Shown here: piece by piece, positions 1 through 12,560 of the stretch
Layout of the letters: each line of letters begins with the position of its first letter
Numbering within the stretch: the stretch's first letter is position 1
From: Gelidibacter sp.
GTDB taxonomy: Bacteria > Bacteroidota > Bacteroidia > Flavobacteriales > Flavobacteriaceae
DNA length: 64,000 nt
Assembly (NCBI RefSeq): GCF_035515035.1
Contig: NZ_DATJCA010000041.1
Span: 1,705 to 65,704, forward strand
Direction: 5' to 3'
Notes under the pieces: generated by a model
What the model saw: the letters and a program-made list of their open reading frames with translations, nothing else
Database searches by the model: none
Told to the model about the DNA's origin: nothing
Translations under genes and position numbers: made by a program

Positions 1-1
1 T

Positions 2-2197
2 CGCGGCTTTAATTTTAGACGTTTGAATACCGCTTCCCTGCTTCCAAACCCGAATTTTAATCTAAGTGATTGGAATATCATTGATTGGGTGGGATCTGGT
101 CCTAGCTCCTGTGGCACAAATGATTATTCAGACATTGGGTATTACGATTATTCAGGCGGTGCTTCGCCTACCCTAACCCTTCAGCCAATTGCACCAAGTT
201 CAAACTGTCTTTTATCAACAACCTTATTGATTGCAGGTTCAGAAGGTGTTCCAGGTGGATCTCCTTTAACCTATCAATGGTTCTATCACGCACCAGGAAC
301 ATCCTCTTGGGTAGAAATATTAGTTGTAAATCCTGCGTACTCCGGCCAGCAAAGTGATTCCTTGACTATCGTGAGTACTCTAGATTTTGACGGCTTTCAA
401 TTTTATGCACAAATCCGTGAGGACACAGCCACATGTTATTCAGCCAGCAATGCTGTAAGATTAAAAATCAATCAAAGCACTTGGGTTGGGTCCAATTGGA
501 TTACTTCAGCCCCAGATCAAAACACCATCGCCGTCATTAATGGGAATTACACCACAAGTTCTACATCTGGAAGCTTCACTGCTTGTAGCCTGGTTGTGAA
601 TTCTGGATTTACTTTAAACATCACGGAAGAGTATTATGTGGAAGTGATGACTGATGTGATAGTCAAGGGAAATTCGTCTATGGACTTTGGTGAGATCTTG
701 GTCGATAGTAAAGGAGCATTTGTACAGCGCGGGGATGACGAAAATGCAGGACGTTTTACATTGAATACCCTAGGTGTTTCCAATGTGAGAAAATCTACTG
801 CTGAAAAGCAGAATTGGTATGACTACACCTACTGGAGCTCACCCGTAACCAATGAAATGATTGAATCTGCCCTGAGTATGGCATCTCCAAGTAGACGGTT
901 TTATTTTGAGGCTGAAAATTATGAAGACACTAATGGTGATGATGTCGATGACAATGGTGACGATTGGCAATTAGCAACTGGACGCATGATCCCAGGTGTA
1001 GGCTATGCGGCAACCTCCAACAATTCCGGAACATTCCCACGAATTGATAGCACCTTGTTTAACGGAGAATTTAACAACGGAAATATCTCGGTCACCATTC
1101 ATACAAACGCCATTACTACCGACAATGACTGGAATTTTATTGGAAATCCCTACGCCTCTGCCATCGATTTTAAATATGTTCATAACCAAAATTCAGAGGT
1201 GATTTCTGGCGCAGCCTATCTCTGGTCTCAAGCTAGTCCGCCTTTAGCCAGTAATCCCGGCAATCAAGTGCTTAATTTTAATAGAAATGATTACGCAATA
1301 ATTACTGCGGGCAGTGGAAATATAGCTGGTGGTAAAAACGAAATACCTTCAGATTACATTCCATCAGGACAAGGTTTTTTTGTTATAGGAATCAATGATG
1401 GCGGCATCTTGACTTTCAAAAACTCCATGAGGATGGCGGATGGTAACAGTAACTCCCAATTTTTCAGAAATGCTCCTGAAGATGTTCCAAATAAATTTTG
1501 GATCAACCTCACCTCCGATAATGGCATCTTTAATCAAATTCTAGTGGCTTATGTGGAAGGCGCAACCAATGGGGTTGACGGATTTACCTATGATGCTGAG
1601 CGCAATCTATCAACCGGCTTGGGTGCCATTATCTATACTGAAATTCCTGAAAGCAATAAGAAATATGCCATTCAGGGAAAGGCGGTCAATAGTTTAACGC
1701 TAGATGAAAATATTCCCTTAGGATTAAAGACTTCAATAACACAGCCAACCTTGTATAAATTGTCCGTCGCCCAGTTTCAGGGCCAATTTTTTGAACACAA
1801 CCATCTCTTTCTGAATGATGAATTACTGAATATCCAACATAATCTGTCGGCCTCCGATTATAATTTCACCTCAGCAACTGGCGACTTTAACAATCGGTTC
1901 GTTATTATATTTCAAAGTAAAACCTTACCCACCATCGACTTTATTTTGGACACCAAAGAGTTGTCAATTATTGAGCTCAGCAATGTACAAGTTGAATTTT
2001 CCGTTAGGCAAAACCTTAGTATCAAATCCGTAGAAATTATGGATATATTGGGTAGAACTTTAAATCAATTTAAAGGTAACCATACCACTGAAACTTACGA
2101 TCTAAGCCATCTCAGTCAAGCTGCTTATCTTGCCAAAATCGAAATTTCCAACGGTCAAATAATTACCAAACGTTTTGTTCTAAGGTCTGGGCTTTAA
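2..2197 (+). CDS. Large T9SS-secreted surface protein, 5'-truncated by the window edge (C-terminal type A sorting domain)
   Basis: Frame is open from nt 2 (RGFNFRRLNTAS...). Carries YTYWSSPV and WNFIGNPYASAID motifs typical of flavobacterial T9SS cargo, and a CTD-like end (IMDILGR...LSQAAYLAKI...ITKRFV). Confidence 0.8.
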   Translation, partial: RGFNFRRLNTASLLPNPNFNLSDWNIIDWVGSGPSSCGTNDYSDIGYYDYSGGASPTLTLQPIAPSSNCLLSTTLLIAGSEGVPGGSPLTYQWFYHAPGTSSWVEILVVNPAYSGQQSDSLTIVSTLDFDGFQFYAQIREDTATCYSASNAVRLKINQSTWVGSNWITSAPDQNTIAVINGNYTTSSTSGSFTACSLVVNSGFTLNITEEYYVEVMTDVIVKGNSSMDFGEILVDSKGAFVQRGDDENAGRFTLNTLGVSNVRKSTAEKQNWYDYTYWSSPVTNEMIESALSMASPSRRFYFEAENYEDTNGDDVDDNGDDWQLATGRMIPGVGYAATSNNSGTFPRIDSTLFNGEFNNGNISVTIHTNAITTDNDWNFIGNPYASAIDFKYVHNQNSEVISGAAYLWSQASPPLASNPGNQVLNFNRNDYAIITAGSGNIAGGKNEIPSDYIPSGQGFFVIGINDGGILTFKNSMRMADGNSNSQFFRNAPEDVPNKFWINLTSDNGIFNQILVAYVEGATNGVDGFTYDAERNLSTGLGAIIYTEIPESNKKYAIQGKAVNSLTLDENIPLGLKTSITQPTLYKLSVAQFQGQFFEHNHLFLNDELLNIQHNLSASDYNFTSATGDFNNRFVIIFQSKTLPTIDFILDTKELSIIELSNVQVEFSVRQNLSIKSVEIMDILGRTLNQFKGNHTTETYDLSHLSQAAYLAKIEISNGQIITKRFVLRSGL

Positions 2198-2251
2198 GTA
2201 TTTAAATTTCGGGTTTGGCAATATAATTGAACTGTCTTGGTTCTTGAATTA

Positions 2252-2288
2252 CCCCCCCCTGTACCGAAAATAGTTCGTTCGTGCGGGG
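2252..2288. repeat. GC-rich imperfect palindrome (REP-like or terminator) between convergent genes
   Basis: CCCCTGTACCGAA-AATAG-TTCG-TTC-GTGCGGGG; shares the CGTGCGG end with the hairpin at 14643-14678. Confidence 0.4.
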
Positions 2289-2296
2289 CAACATTC

Positions 2297-4708
2297 TTAA
2301 AACGTATATTTTAAAGACATTATAAAATTACGTCCCGGAGCCGCGATTCCTGAGGAGTAAGGTTTATAGCGTTGGTCTGTAATATTTTCCAAACCCGCCG
2401 TTAGAGATATTGCGTCGCTAAATTTATATTGGGTTCTTAAATTTATTGTATACCATGAGGGTGCATACGGATGACCATTAGCATCCAATGCGTAAATATA
2501 ATCCTTACTCTGTTCTGAAGGCGCCAATTGATTATAAGACAACGCAGCATTATATCTAACAAATCCATCTACTTGCAACTGTTCATTTTGCCATATTAAA
2601 TGGGTGGCTCCAAACTGTGGCGCAGCGTGGCGCAATGGTTTTTTTTCGCCATTATTGCCCTCTTCTTCACCTCCAATGATATTATAATAAGATTTCAATT
2701 TTAGTGCTTTGGTAAAATTGACATGCATTCCAACTTCAAAACCATATATGCGAGATTCTGCGGCGTTTTGAATAGCCTGTACAGTGCTTAACTCGCCATC
2801 ATACATAATTTCCGAGGCGCCATTCAGTTTAAAATCACGCCGAACCAAAGTATTGTCCAAATGTGTATAATAAGTGGCCATATCTAGTATAAACACGTTT
2901 TCGAAATTCAGTTTTACACCAAACTCAAGTCCGTATGCATATTCTGCTTTTAAATTATCATTGGGCACCACGACTGCACCCGGCTCAGAATCAAAAACTT
3001 TTCCAATGTCATCTATGTTTGGCGCCCTAAATGCCGATGATACATTGAACCTCATCCCCAGCGTTTGGTTTGGATTCCAGTTGATGCCGGCGGTTCCTGT
3101 AATAGCACCCGCATTGATATTGGTCGTAGTATAGGGCAACTTGAGATAGGTATTGTTTTCTGTAAAATCGGCATGGACAATAACATGATTGTAGCGAACG
3201 CCTGTTTGAAACACAAATTTCTGATTAGGTTTAAACTTAAGGCTTGTATAAGCAGCCATAGATTGCCAATCTGATCCATTAGGATAACGTGATACTGCTG
3301 GGACGCTCGTTCCTGTATTGATATTTTCTTGCATCCCGCTAGAAATAACCTGATTGTAGATGTACTCTAACCCGTAAAAGAATTCCGTTCTTTTACCTAG
3401 TTGCTTTTCAAGATCCAAATTAAATGAAAGGGCATCTACTGCTTCCTCTTTGATATGTCTGTCAGTTTTACTGAAATCCCGATCCATTCTACTTTCCTGA
3501 AAATTTTGATAGGCTACAGTAGATTGTATTTTATCATAAAGATTGGAATTGCTACTTAATTTTGTCACTTGCAAATTGCCCATGAACCAGCGCTGAGGTC
3601 CATAATTCCATTCGGCGGAACGCAAACTTCCATTTTTGTAACGAATTAATCTGTCATATCGTGAAAACTCAGATGTGGTCTTATAATACAAACCTAAATC
3701 AAAACTCCAATCTTGTTTGGGCTCGTATCGTATCTTCTGTAAAAGGTTAATTTGGTCATAACCGGTAGGAATTTGTATTAGAGCATGGTCATTTGCGACG
3801 ATCCTGTCAACACCGCCTGAAGTTTGCACAAATTCTGGTCTGATATAGTCTATCGGTCCATGGCTGCCCATTCGTAAATCATCAAAATCAGTATAACTCA
3901 CGCTAGTGAAAAAGGCCCATTTCTTTAATCCAAAATTCAAATCGAGATGTCCGGTTTTCTCCTTATTGGCTGTGGCATATCTGCCGACAACACTACCTTT
4001 AAAATATAGCGAATCCGAATAAGAAAGTTGTGGCGTTTTGGTGTAGAAGCTCAATACCCCTCCAATGGCATCACTACCATAAACCACTGAACCTGCGCCC
4101 AAGGTGACTTCAGTATTGTGGATGGAAAAGGGATCAATAGAGATTACATTTTGTAAATTACCACCCCTAAAAATTGCGTTGTTCATGCGCACCCCATCTA
4201 CAGTCATTAAAAGCCGATTGGCAGACAAACCTCTTATCATCGGACTTCCGCCCCCCATTTGACTTTTTTGAATAAACACATTACCTCCATTCTCCAATAG
4301 ATCGGCGCTGGTTTGTGGGTTTGAAAACGTGATGGACTTCGCATTGATATTGATGATCTTTTGTGGTATATCTCGTTTCCTTTGTTGAAACTTTGAAGCC
4401 GAGACGACAATTTCATCCAAACCCTCAATTTTAGGTCTCAAATAAATTGTGCTATTGTTAAGGTCTGTAATTAAAAAACTGCCACTTTTATAAAGTATGT
4501 GTTCTATAAAAATCAATTCACCTGCTGTAAACCGGCTTAAATTAGAAACACCATCAATATCAGAGGTTGTTGATCTGCTTTTTGAAGCATTGTAAATAGC
4601 CGCACCAGCAATTGGAAGGTTTGTGGATTCTTCTAAGATTTTAACATTCTGTGATTGTCCTGGACCAATAGCGAGCAGGAAAGCACTTATCAAAAAGAAA
4701 AATCTCAT
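2297..4708 (-). CDS. TonB-dependent receptor
   Basis: Signal peptide, LDEIVVSASK TonB-box region, plug motifs (IRG...VDGVRMN, YGSDAIGG), C-terminal GLENITD...PGRNF...YTF. Confidence 0.93.
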   Translation of the reverse strand: MRFFFLISAFLLAIGPGQSQNVKILEESTNLPIAGAAIYNASKSRSTTSDIDGVSNLSRFTAGELIFIEHILYKSGSFLITDLNNSTIYLRPKIEGLDEIVVSASKFQQRKRDIPQKIININAKSITFSNPQTSADLLENGGNVFIQKSQMGGGSPMIRGLSANRLLMTVDGVRMNNAIFRGGNLQNVISIDPFSIHNTEVTLGAGSVVYGSDAIGGVLSFYTKTPQLSYSDSLYFKGSVVGRYATANKEKTGHLDLNFGLKKWAFFTSVSYTDFDDLRMGSHGPIDYIRPEFVQTSGGVDRIVANDHALIQIPTGYDQINLLQKIRYEPKQDWSFDLGLYYKTTSEFSRYDRLIRYKNGSLRSAEWNYGPQRWFMGNLQVTKLSSNSNLYDKIQSTVAYQNFQESRMDRDFSKTDRHIKEEAVDALSFNLDLEKQLGKRTEFFYGLEYIYNQVISSGMQENINTGTSVPAVSRYPNGSDWQSMAAYTSLKFKPNQKFVFQTGVRYNHVIVHADFTENNTYLKLPYTTTNINAGAITGTAGINWNPNQTLGMRFNVSSAFRAPNIDDIGKVFDSEPGAVVVPNDNLKAEYAYGLEFGVKLNFENVFILDMATYYTHLDNTLVRRDFKLNGASEIMYDGELSTVQAIQNAAESRIYGFEVGMHVNFTKALKLKSYYNIIGGEEEGNNGEKKPLRHAAPQFGATHLIWQNEQLQVDGFVRYNAALSYNQLAPSEQSKDYIYALDANGHPYAPSWYTINLRTQYKFSDAISLTAGLENITDQRYKPYSSGIAAPGRNFIMSLKYTF

Positions 4709-4723
4709 AGTGTAAAACTTAGT

Positions 4724-5443
4724 TTAATGAAACACTTCATTAAATATTTGAAGTGATTTTGGTTTTCTAAAATCTGATAGGTGCAATTCAAAATAAAGTA
4801 ATAATATATTCAGAAGGGCCTGTCTTTGTTTGGAATGTAGCTTTAGAGACTTCAGAGCATCAAACTTTATGCCCAACAGCTGTTTCATAAGTATTAAATT
4901 TTCGCCTGAAATGGTGTAGGGTGTTTGTGGCTTAAGTTCGAAACTTCCGGAGCGTAAATTAAAGTACGGAAACTCAGATTGTGAGGTATCTGGATAAAAA
5001 CCTAAATGCTTGGAAAGTTCTAGTAAGAACAACAAATGAAAATTCGCGAAATCAGTTTCATGATCCAACCACTGTAGCGTAGTTTCCAAAAATTCATATA
5101 AAGACAGATTAGCTTCTTCTTCTTTTAAGGTGGTCGCCAAAACTTCTGACAAAAACATAACAATCGCGCCTTTAAGGATATTGGTATGCATGCTTTGGTA
5201 GACCACAGCCAATTTGACATCGGCAATATAATGCAAGGATTGGTTCGCCCTGTAGTTCTCTTCAATTTCTAATTGCGACAAAGGCTGGTAATACGCAATT
5301 TTAGAATTACTTCTTTTGCTTTTTAAAACACCTCGCAATAAATAGCTGACAATACCTCTATTGTGGGTATAGCATTTTACAATCACATCATGGTCTCCAT
5401 ACCTGATCTTGGAAAGAACAATGGCGTTGGTCTTAACTAACAT
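4724..5443 (-). CDS. recO: DNA repair protein RecO
   Basis: N-terminal AIVLSKIRYGDHDVIVKCYT OB motif, LSKHLGFYP, typical Bacteroidota length, adjacent to porZ. Confidence 0.92.
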   Translation of the reverse strand: MLVKTNAIVLSKIRYGDHDVIVKCYTHNRGIVSYLLRGVLKSKRSNSKIAYYQPLSQLEIEENYRANQSLHYIADVKLAVVYQSMHTNILKGAIVMFLSEVLATTLKEEEANLSLYEFLETTLQWLDHETDFANFHLLFLLELSKHLGFYPDTSQSEFPYFNLRSGSFELKPQTPYTISGENLILMKQLLGIKFDALKSLKLHSKQRQALLNILLLYFELHLSDFRKPKSLQIFNEVFH

Positions 5444-5462
5444 AGTCTTTAAAATGAGTGGG

Positions 5463-7823
5463 TTACCTGATGATCAATAATTTTAAGACCTTGGTTTCAA
5501 AAGAATCCAGGTCAGAAATCAAAATCAAATAAACTCCGGAAGCCACAATATTATTGGCTAAGTTTTTACCGTTCCAAATGGCTGTTCCGCCATCAATTGC
5601 AAAATTATAATTGGAACGTGAAGCTCTTAAATTGACCCTTGACTGCGCTTCTGCAACAAGATTGCCTTCAATATCGGTGATTTTTATATTGACATTTTCA
5701 GTGATACCTCTAATTTTCACACCTTTATTAATATCATTTAAATTGTTGGCACCAAGAATATCATATTCGGGTCTTACAGGATTGGGATAAACAAAAGCAC
5801 TTGCCAATTCCTCTTCTGGTTTCGAGCCACCAGAAGAAAAAGACACCAATCCTTTTGATGTTGCAATATAAACTTTACCATTTTGGGCATCAATAGATAT
5901 ATCTTTAATGAAATTGGAAGGCAACGGCGAATTCTTTGTGGTAAAGTGATAGATGGTTTGTTGACCATCAGGGGAAAAATAGAAAATACCGGCATCTAAC
6001 GTTCCAATCCATTTGTTATTGGAGCCATCTACTTTAATATCCGTAATATATTGGTTGGACAAAAGCTCTTGAGGAATGCCGTCGTCAAGCACCACAATTT
6101 CCTTTACACTCTGGTTGGGCGTATCGAAAAAACCACCAGTGTTATAAAGCACTCTTAATCCTTTTATGGTACCAATCCATAGTTGATTGTTGTTGTCCAC
6201 TGCAACGGCTGAGACTATATGGTCGGGCATATTCTGCTCTTCAGAATTTATGTAACCTATCTTATTGCCGTTTTCATTAAAACCAATAAGACCTTTTTTA
6301 TACGCACCAATCCATTTGGTACCACTTCTATCGATTACCAAATCACCAAAGCCAAATTCGTCTAGAAGAGGATCTTGAATGATTTCACTAAAACTATAAC
6401 CTCGCCATTGTCCGGTGCTTGGATTGTAAGACTTTAAAGCTTTATCAACACGACTGGTCATGGTCCATAAGATTCCATTTCTATCAAACTGAGACCCCGT
6501 CTGTCTCACGGAGGGATCCGTAGCAGCAATGGGTTCCAGACCACTATTGTTCTGATCCAATAACACGGTTGCCTCTTCATTATTAAGCTCCAAAATCCCC
6601 TGTTGACAGGCACTTATAAATACTTGCGCCGGATTAAAAGGATTCACAGCAATATAATTCAGGTTCTGGGCATTTAAAAGATCGCTAAAAGGCGTATTTA
6701 TCCAATTTTCCTCTACTAAGTGACTAAGGCCGTAGCTACGCAAGGGATACGGATTGTAAGAAACGGTATAATCGCCATAGGTGACCCACAAATTGTTATG
6801 TCCAGCTTCAATCTTAAAAGCGTCATTCATAAGTGGTCCTTCTGGTCTAACCACATCATAAGCCATCGTGTTTGATAAGTTGGTTTTTAAAACACCAGAG
6901 CTGCTTGTCCCAATATAAATATGATTTTCAGAGATTGTGGCAGTAGTAAACCTTGTGCTCAACTCAGGTTGAAGCGTTGCTGTAGCCAATGTAGCAAAAT
7001 TACCATTATAAACATACACATTGTTTCCAGTGGTAATTACTAAATTATCATTTACCGCTTTGGTATCCAAAGGCATGTCAGAATATGTAAATAAGGCAGC
7101 AAAACCACCATTGGATATTTCGTAGACCACATGATTTGAATTAACAGCAAACAATCGACTTCCGACACTTTCAACCGAAACAAAACTCCCACTTCCTATG
7201 GTTTGCCATTGCTTATAGTCTATAAGGTTAGGGTTTGATAATGCTCCCGTTTTTATAGCGTTATTATTCCCACAAGCTGCGTAAATTATATTATTCAGCA
7301 CCGTGGTTTGGTTCACATTAATCTGGCTCCCACCGTTGCCAATAAAATAGGAATCCCCAAACTCAAGACGTTCCAAGTTATAAATCGAAATTCCAAAGTC
7401 AGTAGAGATATAAGCCAACCCATCAAGGACATTAAAATGATTGATGCGCTTAAGGTTTGGTGGAATGGTTTGTTTATCAAGAATATCAACCACCGAAAGT
7501 ATCTCATTTTCAGGACCTGAAACTATTTCAATAAGACCATTTTCATAACCAATTATTAAGGTGTCATAAGCTTCACTATAGGCAATGGTTGAAATAGTCT
7601 CGCCGGATAAGCCGTCTATCGTGGTTATGGTTTCAATTTGATTGGATGACAAATCATAGGTAAAAATTGCATTTTCAGAAGCACCATAAACTTTATTGTC
7701 CCCAATAGCAATATCCTTAATGTTATAATAAGAAAAATAACCTTGCCATAATGTGGAAAAATCCTGCGCTTGGGATGAAAGCACTAGGAAAAATAAAAAA
7801 ACGGATGCAATCTGTTTTATCAT
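5463..7823 (-). CDS. porZ: T9SS component PorZ-like beta-propeller protein with CTD
   Basis: WQGYFSY N-terminus, repeated two-component-propeller blades (DNNNQLWIGT, DGSNNKWIGT), VYPNPVRP and WNGKN...VASGVY CTD. Start moved to ATG 7823 (MIKQIAS signal peptide), downstream of a TATCTTTG promoter at 7841-7848. Confidence 0.85.
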   Translation of the reverse strand: MIKQIASVFLFFLVLSSQAQDFSTLWQGYFSYYNIKDIAIGDNKVYGASENAIFTYDLSSNQIETITTIDGLSGETISTIAYSEAYDTLIIGYENGLIEIVSGPENEILSVVDILDKQTIPPNLKRINHFNVLDGLAYISTDFGISIYNLERLEFGDSYFIGNGGSQINVNQTTVLNNIIYAACGNNNAIKTGALSNPNLIDYKQWQTIGSGSFVSVESVGSRLFAVNSNHVVYEISNGGFAALFTYSDMPLDTKAVNDNLVITTGNNVYVYNGNFATLATATLQPELSTRFTTATISENHIYIGTSSSGVLKTNLSNTMAYDVVRPEGPLMNDAFKIEAGHNNLWVTYGDYTVSYNPYPLRSYGLSHLVEENWINTPFSDLLNAQNLNYIAVNPFNPAQVFISACQQGILELNNEEATVLLDQNNSGLEPIAATDPSVRQTGSQFDRNGILWTMTSRVDKALKSYNPSTGQWRGYSFSEIIQDPLLDEFGFGDLVIDRSGTKWIGAYKKGLIGFNENGNKIGYINSEEQNMPDHIVSAVAVDNNNQLWIGTIKGLRVLYNTGGFFDTPNQSVKEIVVLDDGIPQELLSNQYITDIKVDGSNNKWIGTLDAGIFYFSPDGQQTIYHFTTKNSPLPSNFIKDISIDAQNGKVYIATSKGLVSFSSGGSKPEEELASAFVYPNPVRPEYDILGANNLNDINKGVKIRGITENVNIKITDIEGNLVAEAQSRVNLRASRSNYNFAIDGGTAIWNGKNLANNIVASGVYLILISDLDSFETKVLKLLIIR

Positions 7824-7895
7824 AGCATAGTAATAGAGGTCAAAGATATTTATTACTAATGACATTTTTGGTCTATTCATATATTAAGAACATAA

Positions 7896-7928
7896 ATAAG
7901 GCTCCAATAATATCTTATTGAAGCCTTT
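7896..7928 (-). terminator. Hairpin downstream of gdhA, probable terminator
   Basis: AAGGCTCCAATAA-TATC-TTATTGAAGCCTT inverted repeat. Confidence 0.55.
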
Positions 7929-7950
7929 AAATCATTATTCTTATGATATA

Positions 7951-9291
<1,341 letters not shown>

Positions 9292-9595
9292 TTATTAACT
9301 TATTATCAACATTTATTACATTTAACCTAGCAAATATAAGCATTTTAAAGGTTTTGATGGATTTTTCATAATAGAATCTTGAATCGTTTATTAAAAATTA
9401 CGAAATTCATAAATCAACTGTAATTCATTGGCATTTTTTGATGTTTCGACCCAAAAAAGAAGGTAAATAAATCAATATCTCAACAAATAAGATCTTTTCT
9501 TTGTTATAATCTTCACGTTGCTAATGTTTTGTTTGGAAGTTAAGTCAGTTTTCATATATTTGTTAATACCAACACCGTTAAATAAATAACACTAT

Positions 9596-10402
9596 ATGGC
9601 GCCTAGTTTGAAACAGTTATCCATAGTATCTGTATTTATTATGGGTATTTCAACAGGCTTTGCTCAAAACAGGTTCACTAATGAATTCGGTATTATTTTG
9701 GGCCCTACAGCTTTTCAATCGGACTTTGGGGAACGTCGTGATTTTGAAAGTACCGCTGGCAATACAGGTTTTGGTATTGGAATTGTCCACTTCATGAATT
9801 TTGAAGATACACCTGGCTACAAGCCCTATGCTTATTTTAACGATCATTTTAAGGTACGCAGTGAACTTTCTTTTAACACCACCAAACTTAAACATTTTGG
9901 CAAATGGGCGGATGCCTCAAAAACAGGTGAAAATGCTGATAAATTAAGAGCTCATACTGGAGAAACACAGAACTTTGATATTGGGATGCAACTGGACTAC
10001 TTCCCCTTCAGTCTAAGAGAGTTTTCATATGCGACGAATTCTTTCACTCCATTTGTAAGTTTTGGAATACATTACACTTTGTATAATCCTAAGGTTTACA
10101 CCTCATACGGTGATGGAGATCCAAAAAACTTAGATAACTTCTACGGACCTTGGTACCGGCATTCCGACGGAACAATTAGAGACACTGAATTTGTAAATAT
10201 TGAAATTGGAACCACTTTTTCTCTTGTAGGAAGTGTTGGTACGCGATATAAAGTATCTTATTACTCAGATTTCATGCTCGACCTAAGATGGCAACACTAT
10301 TTTAGCGATAAGGTGGATGGCTTAAACCATAAATTACCCTCTAATAAATCCAATGATTATATGGTATGGTTAAACATAGGCTTTATCCATTATTTTGACT
10401 AA
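9596..10402 (+). CDS. Outer-membrane beta-barrel protein (THC0290_0291-like family)
   Basis: Signal peptide, FQSDFGER motif, alternating beta strands, aromatic C-terminus; position next to gdhA is what I recall for this flavobacterial family. Confidence 0.65.
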   Translation: MAPSLKQLSIVSVFIMGISTGFAQNRFTNEFGIILGPTAFQSDFGERRDFESTAGNTGFGIGIVHFMNFEDTPGYKPYAYFNDHFKVRSELSFNTTKLKHFGKWADASKTGENADKLRAHTGETQNFDIGMQLDYFPFSLREFSYATNSFTPFVSFGIHYTLYNPKVYTSYGDGDPKNLDNFYGPWYRHSDGTIRDTEFVNIEIGTTFSLVGSVGTRYKVSYYSDFMLDLRWQHYFSDKVDGLNHKLPSNKSNDYMVWLNIGFIHYFD

Positions 10403-10473
10403 AAGCAAATATTCAAACCCGTTATAAGACGAAATAATTCAAGATCAAATCGTGTTTTTAAATTCAGATCTCC

Positions 10474-11613
10474 TTATCCTATCGCCTGTTTCAAATCGGC
10501 AATCAAATCTTCTTCATCTTCAATTCCAACGCTCAATCTTATTAAAGAATCCACAACTCCAATTTTTTCACGCTCTTCTTTAGGTATACTGGCATGCGTC
10601 ATACTAGCTGGATGCCCAGCAAGAGATTCAACACCACCTAAAGACTCTGCTAAAGTGAAGATTTTCAAGTTTTCCACAATCTTGATGGCTTCTTTGTAAT
10701 TATTTCCTTTGGTGGTAAAAGACACCATGCCTCCAAAATCCTTCATTTGTGCTTTTGCAATATCATGATTCGGATGGTGTTTAAAACCTGGCCAATACAC
10801 GTTTTCTATCTTTGGATGTTGATTCAAATACTCAGCTACGGCTTTTCCGTTTTCGCAATGACGTTGCATCCTAATGTGCAAGGTCTTAATCCCCCGCAAC
10901 ACTAAAAAACTGTCTAGGGGTCCACACACCGCACCACTCGCATTTTGGATAAAATACAATCGATCTGCAAGTTCCTTATCTTTTACAATGAGCGCTCCCA
11001 TGACTACATCACTATGGCCCCCCAAATATTTTGTGGCCGAATGCATCACGATATCCGCACCCAAGTCTAACGGCTGTTGTAAATAAGGTGTCGCAAAAGT
11101 ATTGTCAACCGCCAATAAAATATTATGTTTTTTAGCCACCGCCGCGGTTGCTTCAATGTCTATGATATTCATCATTGGGTTTGTGGGTGTTTCCACCCAT
11201 ATCAATTTTGTGTTTTTATTGACATAGGATTCAATATTTGACGCATTTTCCATCCCAACAAAATGGAATTTGATTCCAAAACCTTCAAAAATCTTCGTAA
11301 ACAACCGATAAGTACCACCATAAAGATCATTGGTTGAAATGACCTCGTCTCCAGGTTTTAGAAGTTTCATGACCGCATCAATAGCAGCCAAACCTGATCC
11401 AAAAGCCAAACCATGATTGCCATTTTCAATACTGGCAAATGAATTTTCCAATGCCGTACGGGTTGGATTTCCACTTCGTGAGTATTCATACCCTTTATGG
11501 CCTCCAGGTGTAGTCTGCGCAAAAGTAGTGGTTTGATATATTGGCGGCATCACAGCACCGTAAGCCTTATCATGCTCCTGATTACCGTGAATGGTTTTAG
11601 TGTTGAATTTCAT
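10474..11613 (-). CDS. Cystathionine gamma-synthase/gamma-lyase (PLP transsulfuration enzyme)
   Basis: YSRSGNPTR, ETPTNP, DNTFATP, HSATKYLGGHSD (PLP lysine), AESLGGVESL. Start set at MKFNTK. Confidence 0.93.
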   Translation of the reverse strand: MKFNTKTIHGNQEHDKAYGAVMPPIYQTTTFAQTTPGGHKGYEYSRSGNPTRTALENSFASIENGNHGLAFGSGLAAIDAVMKLLKPGDEVISTNDLYGGTYRLFTKIFEGFGIKFHFVGMENASNIESYVNKNTKLIWVETPTNPMMNIIDIEATAAVAKKHNILLAVDNTFATPYLQQPLDLGADIVMHSATKYLGGHSDVVMGALIVKDKELADRLYFIQNASGAVCGPLDSFLVLRGIKTLHIRMQRHCENGKAVAEYLNQHPKIENVYWPGFKHHPNHDIAKAQMKDFGGMVSFTTKGNNYKEAIKIVENLKIFTLAESLGGVESLAGHPASMTHASIPKEEREKIGVVDSLIRLSVGIEDEEDLIADLKQAIG

Positions 11614-11710
11614 AACAGAACATTTTGTTGAGAACAAATTTAAGCTTTAAGCACTTGGTTACAAAAGGATGTAATATCTTTATTGATTGTTTAACAAAAC
11701 CTCTAATACC

Positions 11711-12436
11711 TTGAAAAAACTAAGTTTCTTTTTGATGACTGCTTTCCTGTTATCAGGTTGTAATAAAGATGTTAAATTAACTTTCGAAACACAACACATC
11801 GAAAAATCATCTGATGCAACAATTGTTATTAATTATCCAAAAGCCATAGGATCTAAAGATGTTGCCCATAACATAAACCAACAGATAGCACATGTCATTA
11901 TCAACGAAATAAATATGGCTGATACTCCAGAAAATGACATTTCTATTTCTGAAGCCGCTTCACAATTTGACAAGGAATACAAATCGTTTAAACAGGATTT
12001 TCAAGACAGCAGTCAAAAATGGGAAGTCAAAGTGGACGGCCAAGTGATTTATGACTCTCCAGAAATCATTTGCATTAGCCTTCAAACTTATACTGATACT
12101 GGCGGTGCACATGGAAATGGAAAAACTACATACTTAAATTTCAACCCAGCAAACGGGGTTCTATTTGAACAAAAAGATTTTATCAAGAATTTGGACGAAT
12201 TTAAAAAAGTTGCCGAAAAAGCTTTTAAAGAACAAACCAAACCAAAGGATAATGATGAAAGCATGGAGGATTTTTTCTTTGGTGAGGATTTTCAATTACC
12301 ATCAAACATAGGCTACACCAACAAAGGTTTGGTTTTACTTTACAACAATTACGAGATTGCATCTTACGCGCAAGGCATCACAGAAATCGTTTTACCTTAT
12401 GCTCAAATTAAGGAATATCTAAAAGTAAATCCATAG
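11711..12436 (+). CDS. DUF3298/DUF4163 family lipoprotein
   Basis: Lipobox LLSGC; DTGGAHG and YNNYEIASYAQG motifs; TTG start. Confidence 0.8.
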   Translation: MKKLSFFLMTAFLLSGCNKDVKLTFETQHIEKSSDATIVINYPKAIGSKDVAHNINQQIAHVIINEINMADTPENDISISEAASQFDKEYKSFKQDFQDSSQKWEVKVDGQVIYDSPEIICISLQTYTDTGGAHGNGKTTYLNFNPANGVLFEQKDFIKNLDEFKKVAEKAFKEQTKPKDNDESMEDFFFGEDFQLPSNIGYTNKGLVLLYNNYEIASYAQGITEIVLPYAQIKEYLKVNP

Positions 12437-12560
12437 TATCTAACAATAGAACCTGAAACATTTGATGCCACGCCAATTTCTAACGTAAAATAAATTGATA
12501 TCCTAGTTGAAATTTCTTTATTTTGACGCCTATCATTTTTAAACCTTAAATCCACTTGTT